Shown: positions 57,947 to 64,000 of the stretch, piece by piece
Layout of the letters: the number at the start of each line of letters is the position of its first letter
How positions within the stretch are numbered: position 1 is the first letter of the stretch
Assembly: GCA_016839555.1 (NCBI GenBank)
Contig: JAEOUA010000006.1
Coordinates: forward strand, 187,982-251,981
Direction: 5' to 3'
DNA from: Promethearchaeota archaeon
Lineage (GTDB): Archaea; Asgardarchaeota; Lokiarchaeia; Sigyniarchaeales; SOKP01
DNA length: 64,000 bases
Position numbers and translations under genes: made by a program
Notes under the pieces: model-generated
What the model was told of the DNA's origin: nothing
Database searches by the model: none
Seen by the model: only the letters and a program-made list of their open reading frames with translations

Positions 57947-59029
57947 TTAAAAAATCCTATTATTAATGTTGGTTTGGAAATGTGGAAAATGAGAGGGTCT
58001 ATTTTGGGAGATTACTCCTCGTTTTGAAACTAAGTAAAATTGGACGGGCACATTATCATAGATTAATGTTATTCCACGCCATTCATTATTGCCATTTGAA
58101 TTAATTTCCACTACATCTCCTAATCCAACTCCTTCTCTTACTGAAAATTCTACTTGTAATTGTTTCAAAGCTTTAATAAATGTCTTATAATAGTTGATCT
58201 CCCCTTCTTTAAGGGGTTTATCTCTAAATCTTAATGCTTCAATTGCGAACGCATTTAAAATATCAGCCCCCATATAATTCCAAGCTTTTGGATTTGCATA
58301 AAATTCAATTCCAATGAATTCATTATTAATAAAACATGCAATCCCGCATTGATTTTCTATATTTGTAAAATGTTTGACAATCTCTTGCGTTTGATTTTGA
58401 GAAGTTTTTGTCATATCAAGATAACTCTGAGTTGGAGCGAGATTTGGAGCGAAATTCATCTCAGATCTATAAGACTGGATCTCTCCCCATACAGCACCTT
58501 GTCCTGCGGAAGATATTGCATCAAATGCGATATTGGGATGGAGCCGCATACTTGATGACTTAAATCCGCGTGCCTTCTTATAATTCCATCGTGATTGTTC
58601 TATGCATTTTGCAGGTATACTATATTTATGTGGTTGTGGATGAGGGTTTGGTGGTGGTGGAGGATTTGTTCCTATTGGAGGAGTTGATTGTTTGCTGAAT
58701 ACTTGATGTTTTTCACCAGGAGGTAATAAGATAGGTTCCCAAATGGTTCGATCTTGTTTTCCTCCATGAACGGTCATTCCAAACGGGATTAAAATTTGTT
58801 TATTACTCTTATTAATTACTTCTAATTGATTTACTGAATTGGTTTCTAATACTTCAATTAATTCTAATTTTTCTGCTTCTTTGATACTAATGAAATCAAT
58901 AAATTTATTTTCTTGAAGGATAATAGGAATAATTGTCATATTCTTATGAGTTTGAGGAGCTTCAAAACTAAGCAATACGGATGGTTCAATAAAAATAGAC
59001 TCGGCAATCTGAATACTTTCTGCTTTCAC
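57947..59029 (-). CDS. Hypothetical two-domain protein with proline-rich linker (PPIGTNPPPPPNPHPQPH)
   Basis: 360 aa. Its start abuts the stop of the upstream ArsR-like regulator (operon). No recognised motif. Confidence 0.4.
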   Translation of the reverse strand: MKAESIQIAESIFIEPSVLLSFEAPQTHKNMTIIPIILQENKFIDFISIKEAEKLELIEVLETNSVNQLEVINKSNKQILIPFGMTVHGGKQDRTIWEPILLPPGEKHQVFSKQSTPPIGTNPPPPPNPHPQPHKYSIPAKCIEQSRWNYKKARGFKSSSMRLHPNIAFDAISSAGQGAVWGEIQSYRSEMNFAPNLAPTQSYLDMTKTSQNQTQEIVKHFTNIENQCGIACFINNEFIGIEFYANPKAWNYMGADILNAFAIEALRFRDKPLKEGEINYYKTFIKALKQLQVEFSVREGVGLGDVVEINSNGNNEWRGITLIYDNVPVQFYLVSKRGVISQNRPSHFPHFQTNINNRIF

Positions 59030-59031
59030 AC

Positions 59032-59457
59032 TTATTTCACCTCTTTTTTATTTTTATTAATATTTTCACTTTCTTTTTTATTAACAGATTTTTCTTCATA
59101 AAGTTGGTTTATAAATTTATTAACAATATCTTTTCCATTAGGTGTTAATTCTACCCCATAAGAATATTTGACTTTTCCATTTTCAGTCGCTCCATTAATT
59201 CGAATACCACGATCTGAAGGCAATTCTTCTGATTTTCGTATTTCTTGATGAGTTTTTACTAACCCACCTTTTTTTAATTCGTTTAAATGGTAATTAAGCC
59301 GTTGTTTTTGAACTCCTATCTCATCGGCAATATCTATGGGCCTTTTCGCTTCTTCTGAGATTTCCTTCAAAATATCAGCTCTTATAGGGTTTCTAAATAC
59401 AAGACCAACTTTTTCGAATATAGGTTTCTTTTTTTCTTTTCTACCCATATTTTTCAC
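59032..59457 (-). CDS. ArsR-family winged-HTH transcriptional regulator with charged C-terminal tail
   Basis: NPIRADILKEISEEAKRPIDIADEIGVQKQRLNYHLNELKKGGLV is a classical ArsR HTH. Confidence 0.55.
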   Translation of the reverse strand: MKNMGRKEKKKPIFEKVGLVFRNPIRADILKEISEEAKRPIDIADEIGVQKQRLNYHLNELKKGGLVKTHQEIRKSEELPSDRGIRINGATENGKVKYSYGVELTPNGKDIVNKFINQLYEEKSVNKKESENINKNKKEVK

Positions 59458-59768
59458 TTATATTTATATATTTTTTTATAGTAAAAATATTTTTTACTGT
59501 ATAACAAAAACAAAACTATATATTTAAATCTATCGATTTTTTTAAAATCCGTAAAAAGTTCATATATAGTTAATAAGATGAAAATATGAAGTTTGAAATA
59601 AAATAGAAATAAAATTTGGTTAATTTATATTCTTTTCTTGCTTATTTTTTATTGATTTAATGCATCTAAGAATTTTAGAATTCAATATTTTCAATAATTA
59701 AAAAACATTAATAATACTAACATACAGAAATTATATATTATAGAATTTAAAGCGTATATCAAGCTAAT

Positions 59769-60566
59769 ATGAATATTCTTTGTAGCGGATTGAAAGAATT
59801 TAAATCGGGAAAAACCACTTTAACCTTAAGTTTAATCAAATATTTAAAAGAAGAAGGAGAATCAGTTTGTGGATTTAAACCAAAAGCAGGGAATAATATA
59901 TGGTATCACTGGAACGCGGTAATGACTTCCCTAAAAAAGGGAACGATTTATGGAATAGATGTTCAAAAATATTATGATGCTTGCGACAGAACAATTCCTA
60001 TTACAACCTTAAATCCAATTCATCGTTTATGGGTTCCGGAATCCCGGGATATTGTTTGGGAAGAACTTCCGAGCTTCCTTTTAGATCGTATAACCCTAAA
60101 GGAGAAGCAATTTATAATTATCAATACACATTGTAAATTTCCCGTGAATAAGGATTATTTTAACGAAATTTTACGGAATAGTGAACAGATAAAAATATCA
60201 GATAGAGAGGATCTAAATCAAATTACTAACCTTTATGAGGAGTCAGATGAATGGGCATTTTCAGTCCTTTCAAATAAATTTGACTCAATAGTTTTTGAGA
60301 GTTATGCGGATATTGGATTACCTTGGACGGGATTATCGGAATTAGATTTTGTATTTGTGGTTGAACCTTTTAAAATTTATATTTATGAGGGAAAGCGCTA
60401 TTTAAATGCATCTAAAATTGTTTCCAGTATTTCTATAGAGCAGAAAACAGAGGAATTAATCGAACTTATAAAACCGATTACATCTATAAGAATCCCTCCT
60501 TTTGCTGATAATATTATAGGAAAAATTACGAATTATCTCAGACCTCATTTAAAAGAGTTGTTTTAA
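59769..60566 (+). CDS. P-loop NTPase of the DTBS/CobQ/CobB N-terminal (AAA_26-like) type
   Basis: LCSGLKEFKSGKTTLTLSLIKYLKEEGESVCGFKPKAGNN matches the G..SGKT...L...G..V..FKP pattern of dethiobiotin-synthetase-like P-loops. Confidence 0.4.
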   Translation: MNILCSGLKEFKSGKTTLTLSLIKYLKEEGESVCGFKPKAGNNIWYHWNAVMTSLKKGTIYGIDVQKYYDACDRTIPITTLNPIHRLWVPESRDIVWEELPSFLLDRITLKEKQFIIINTHCKFPVNKDYFNEILRNSEQIKISDREDLNQITNLYEESDEWAFSVLSNKFDSIVFESYADIGLPWTGLSELDFVFVVEPFKIYIYEGKRYLNASKIVSSISIEQKTEELIELIKPITSIRIPPFADNIIGKITNYLRPHLKELF

Positions 60567-61007
60567 TAATTTCTTTTTTATTTTTTAGAAAAATATAATA
60601 AACTGTCCGTTTTTTATTAGAATTCTAAGATTATGCCCAAAACGTAATATTATGAGTATTTTAACCCATTTTTTCTTGTTTACCAATATATTTATATACA
60701 AGTTTTTCTTAAATCTTTATGAGATCTAACTATAAAAAAAGTGGAAATTGTGGTATAAGTCCACATGAAGCCGTCTAAAACAAGATTTCTTCGATGGGCT
60801 TTTTTGCCGACTGTGGGCATCTAAGGTAAAACCTTACCAACCATCCAAGACTTTTTGGCATTTCGCCATTATTTTTTTACTTTTTTTTCTATATTTTTTA
60901 CATTATATTCTTTTAATAACAGTTTTATGGGATATTATATTCAGAATTTTGTGATTAATTTGCTTTTTTTTTATTTTTCTAAGTAAAGAAAATATTCTGT
61001 TTCTTTT

Positions 61008-61775
61008 ATGGTGATAATGATGATTTTATATATAATTCTTGGAGTTATTGGTTTTATAATTTTGTTTCTAATAATACTAAGCTTGCCTCGAAAAGAAAAT
61101 GAAAGAATTCATAATATTGAAGCTATTGATAATCCGGACGTGGTGAAAGGATTTGAAACAATGGCAAAGACACCGGCTTTTGCATGGATTCATAAAAAAA
61201 TAGTTTCAAAATTAACTGAATTCCTTCCTGAAGGAATTATTGTAGATTTAGGCTGCGGCTCTGGAAATTTAATAGTTAGATTAGCTAAAAAATTTCCAAA
61301 TTCAGAAATAATTGGGGTAGACAATTCTTCGGAGATGCTTAAAACGGCTAAAGAGAGAGCTGAAAAAAAGATAAAAAGCCGAAAAATAAAGTTTAAAAAA
61401 GGTTCAGCCAATAAACTGCCCTTCAATGATAATTCCATAGATTTTGTAGTCAGTTCTTTATCACTTCATCATTGGATAAATCCTACTGAGGCATTGCAGG
61501 AGATATATCGTGTTTTAAAGAAGCACGGATATCTTATAATTTTTGATTTCAGGCGTAATTCTCGGAAATTTTTTTATGGACTTCTAAAATTTGCCACGAC
61601 AATCGTTGTTCCAAAAGCATTAAAAGATATAAATGAACCTTTAGGATCTCTGCTTTCCAGTTATACCGAAAATGAAATGAGGGAAATATTCAACCACACT
61701 TCTTTCGATAAGATTGATATTGAGGCTCTAATGGCGTGGGTGTTCATTATCGCAAAAAAAAATAAAGATATTTAA
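61008..61775 (+). CDS. Class I SAM-dependent methyltransferase with N-terminal TM anchor
   Basis: VDLGCGSGNL motif I, IGVDNSSEML motif II; hydrophobic N-terminal helix. Confidence 0.8.
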   Translation: MVIMMILYIILGVIGFIILFLIILSLPRKENERIHNIEAIDNPDVVKGFETMAKTPAFAWIHKKIVSKLTEFLPEGIIVDLGCGSGNLIVRLAKKFPNSEIIGVDNSSEMLKTAKERAEKKIKSRKIKFKKGSANKLPFNDNSIDFVVSSLSLHHWINPTEALQEIYRVLKKHGYLIIFDFRRNSRKFFYGLLKFATTIVVPKALKDINEPLGSLLSSYTENEMREIFNHTSFDKIDIEALMAWVFIIAKKNKDI

Positions 61776-61785
61776 TTTTATAATA

Positions 61786-62304
61786 TTATTCGCTCTCATA
61801 TTTTTTTATTTTGGGAATTAATTTTGGAACATGCTCCTTATATACTCTATATTCCTCTTCAAAAAGATCTTCTAAGATCTCTTCTTCGCGGTTAATCATC
61901 CAATTATAAATAATTATCGCAATGATAAAGATCCCAGCACTTAATAGAGAGATTGAGAGGAATATAAATGCCGCATAAAATAATAATATAGCAAGATATA
62001 ATGGATTTCTCACATGTCCCAAAATGCCGTTGGTAATAAGAGTTTCTGAAGGTTCATGTTCATGGAATAATAGTTTATGGGAGGGAACTCCAAAAATTAT
62101 AGCTAAAATCACAAAAAAAACAAAGAGAGAAATTCGAATATATATGAGAACATATTGATTTAAAAATGTTGAAAATTGAAGCCAGATAGAATCAATTATC
62201 CAAATTGCTGTAAAAACCAATGGAATAATGGCTTGAATAACATGTGAATAAGGAGCTTCTCGCTCTAATCCTTTTTTACGGTTTCTTTTCATGTTAATTT
62301 TCAC
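61786..62304 (-). CDS. Isoprenylcysteine carboxyl methyltransferase (ICMT)/phospholipid methyltransferase family membrane protein
   Basis: C-terminal VRNPLYLAILLFYAAFIF...EEEILEDLFEEEYRVYKEHVPKLIP matches the ICMT/PEMT signature. Confidence 0.7.
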   Translation of the reverse strand: MKINMKRNRKKGLEREAPYSHVIQAIIPLVFTAIWIIDSIWLQFSTFLNQYVLIYIRISLFVFFVILAIIFGVPSHKLLFHEHEPSETLITNGILGHVRNPLYLAILLFYAAFIFLSISLLSAGIFIIAIIIYNWMINREEEILEDLFEEEYRVYKEHVPKLIPKIKKYESE

Positions 62305-62465
62305 CTTATAGAAAAAAATCCATATATGTCTATATTATTAAATATCTTAATAATCTATTCAATTCTATTTTAAAAAGACGCGAATTTTATCATTGGTAAA
62401 GAAATATTTTCTGGTTATAGAGAGAGTTCTATTACTATATTGCTTTCTTTCAAAATCTTGAAATA

Positions 62466-63989
62466 CTAAAATTGATATTTCTCCCCATTTTGTAAAATAA
62501 CAGTATTATCAAACGAATTCTTAAACCAATCAGGATTTTCCGTGTGAACGGGAATTAGAACCTCTGGATCAATGGTATCAATAGCCCATAATAATCCTGT
62601 TGTTGAAGCATGACCAGAAGTATGGAATTTTTTATCAAATACCGGCTTACCTTGTATAATATCAAAACCATAGGTGTTAATATTCAAATGGTTCAACCAA
62701 TTTTTTAGCCTAATGAAGTCAAATTCTGATTCTTCTTCAAATGCTTCACTTGAAGAATATATATAAGCAGCATCTTCAGGTTTAATATCTAACAAATTAT
62801 TAATATCATAGAAGGAAAAAGATACGATATAATTTTTAGGATCTTTGGAAACTTCGAAGGGGTCAACATATTCTATTTTTTTTTGGATTTTGAAAATATT
62901 TTCTTCCCAATTACGAGGTCTTGTTCTTAGATCCTTATAGACTTTTATATTTTTTAGTCTATCAAGACCATCAGCGTTCTCGAGAGCATATAATAAGTAG
63001 GCAGTTTTTGCCGTTATTAGGAGTGTCCTCCCTAATTTTTCTGCAATTTTTTGAAATATTTTTAACCGCTCAAAGTTCCTTCCAGCAAAATCAGCAATAA
63101 TTAGACCTTTTGTTCTTTCAGCAGCATCTAAACAATTTTCATAAACTTCATCTTCTGTTTTATTATTAGGATCCTCTATAGAAGTCCTCGTCCCTTCGAT
63201 AATTAAAATAGAAGCATCTTTTGAATTCTGAAAAAATTGTTTACTTTTATATCCTTCTGTTCCATGGAGTCTAAAATCTCCAGTATACGCAAGTGTGATA
63301 TCTCCTTCCAATTTGTAAGCAGTAGAACCAAGAATAGAATGATCTACTTCGAAGGGATTTATGGCAAATTTAAAGGAGTAATCACATAATTCGCATATAT
63401 CACCATAATCATAAGGCTTCCAGTTACTTTTATTTTTTCTGAAAAAATCAAAAAATGGTGGAGGAATATCTTCTGCTGTGCAGATAAATTCTCTTCCCTT
63501 ATACATATTATTTTTTTTTTGATCTGATTTAATACATCTATCATCATTAGTGGGTACTCTCATTGAAAAATATGCTGTTTCCGAATCGAAGGTAGGTCTA
63601 TAACAATCTCGGATTGCTTTGAGTAAAGCTATTGTTTTTAAGGATGAAATTATGGGAATAGTTGGATCTAATAACCCTATATTACCATAATGGTCTTTAT
63701 GAGCATGGCTAAGTAATACTCCTTTAACATTTAAAGATGGATATACAGAAATATCCAAATCTGAAGGAATTAGATCTCTACGATAAATATTAAGCTTTGG
63801 AATAAGATTAAGGTTAAATAAATCATAAATACCTCTGGAGGTTCTTGCCTTCAAATATTCTTGAAAATATTTTCCATAAGTTTTAAAATTCATTCCAAAA
63901 TCAAGAAAAATACCTTCTCCCTCCTGTTCTAAATATATTTTAGTACCTCCTATGGTATCTGCTCCATCATAAATAGTTATAGATCCCAT
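62466..63989 (-). CDS. Beta-CASP family MBL ribonuclease (RNase J-like)
   Basis: HAHKDHYG (motif 2), the downstream D/H ligands, and the beta-CASP motif-C-like HTSGHAS. N-terminal GGTKIYLE...DFG. Confidence 0.6.
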   Translation of the reverse strand: MGSITIYDGADTIGGTKIYLEQEGEGIFLDFGMNFKTYGKYFQEYLKARTSRGIYDLFNLNLIPKLNIYRRDLIPSDLDISVYPSLNVKGVLLSHAHKDHYGNIGLLDPTIPIISSLKTIALLKAIRDCYRPTFDSETAYFSMRVPTNDDRCIKSDQKKNNMYKGREFICTAEDIPPPFFDFFRKNKSNWKPYDYGDICELCDYSFKFAINPFEVDHSILGSTAYKLEGDITLAYTGDFRLHGTEGYKSKQFFQNSKDASILIIEGTRTSIEDPNNKTEDEVYENCLDAAERTKGLIIADFAGRNFERLKIFQKIAEKLGRTLLITAKTAYLLYALENADGLDRLKNIKVYKDLRTRPRNWEENIFKIQKKIEYVDPFEVSKDPKNYIVSFSFYDINNLLDIKPEDAAYIYSSSEAFEEESEFDFIRLKNWLNHLNINTYGFDIIQGKPVFDKKFHTSGHASTTGLLWAIDTIDPEVLIPVHTENPDWFKNSFDNTVILQNGEKYQF

Positions 63990-64000
63990 TACTTATTCAC

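Noticed and set aside
1-64000. Searched for CRISPR arrays, tRNA, rRNA, IS/transposase or integrase genes
   Set aside because: I found no regularly spaced direct repeats with unique spacers, no tRNA-like cloverleaf candidates (no GTTCGAATC-type T-arm with matching acceptor stems), no rRNA-like segments, and no transposase or integrase ORFs. The only repeat family found is the 65-bp promoter/leader unit.

Overview
The window is 64 kb of AT-rich DNA (roughly 30% GC by eye). It is densely coding on both strands, carries no rRNA, tRNA or CRISPR array that I can see, and has long A/T-rich intergenic regions with T-runs after genes. The gene content mixes archaeal-flavoured proteins with many bacterial-type enzymes. 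The archaeal-flavoured ones are a DUF1724-like HTH regulator, a ferredoxin-nitroreductase fusion, PadR/ArsR-like wHTH proteins, a Kelch-repeat protein and the preQ0 genes QueC/D/E. Shine-Dalgarno-like GGAG/GAGGTG motifs precede many start codons. My working guess is an archaeon with Shine-Dalgarno usage (Lokiarchaeia/Asgard-like or another AT-rich lineage), but nothing in the window proves domain assignment. The main blocks, in order, are as follows. (1) Orphan sensor histidine kinase, DUF1724 regulator, M28 peptidase, SCP2 protein. (2) A sugar-catabolism cluster: two SDRs, a cyclase, a TIM-like protein, a GPH/MelB symporter, a cupin and an FGGY kinase. (3) An AhpD-like gene preceded by a tandemly duplicated promoter/leader element, which also has a decayed copy 10.5 kb away. 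(4) A GC-rich Kelch gene and an MFS transporter. (5) A cobalamin-binding-domain protein with CxHxxG, followed by an opine-dehydrogenase-like enzyme. (6) A VapBC pair. (7) A split alkyl-sulfatase whose SCP2-like domain is fused to a membrane protein. (8) A URO-D/MtaA-like methyltransferase. (9) Three tandem paralogs of a coiled-coil protein with a conserved MSI[DN]WQ head and a C-terminal C4 zinc ribbon. This is the most striking unexplained system. (10) M20 and MBL hydrolases. (11) Bacterial-type shikimate kinase plus queC/queD/queE. (12) A coiled-coil/nucleotidyltransferase gene frameshifted at an A-run. (13) A flavodoxin-like pair, a YkgJ protein, and HtpG (Hsp90) with charged insertions. 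(14) A glycosyltransferase-like membrane protein and an ABC-2 exporter. (15) A redox-stress/sulfatase island (ferredoxin-nitroreductase, formylglycine-type sulfatase, rubrerythrin, OsmC) bracketed by two wHTH+4TM-membrane-protein modules. (16) An ArsR-HTH regulator, a proline-linker two-domain protein and a DTBS/CobQ-like P-loop protein. (17) A SAM methyltransferase, an ICMT-family methyltransferase and a beta-CASP ribonuclease.
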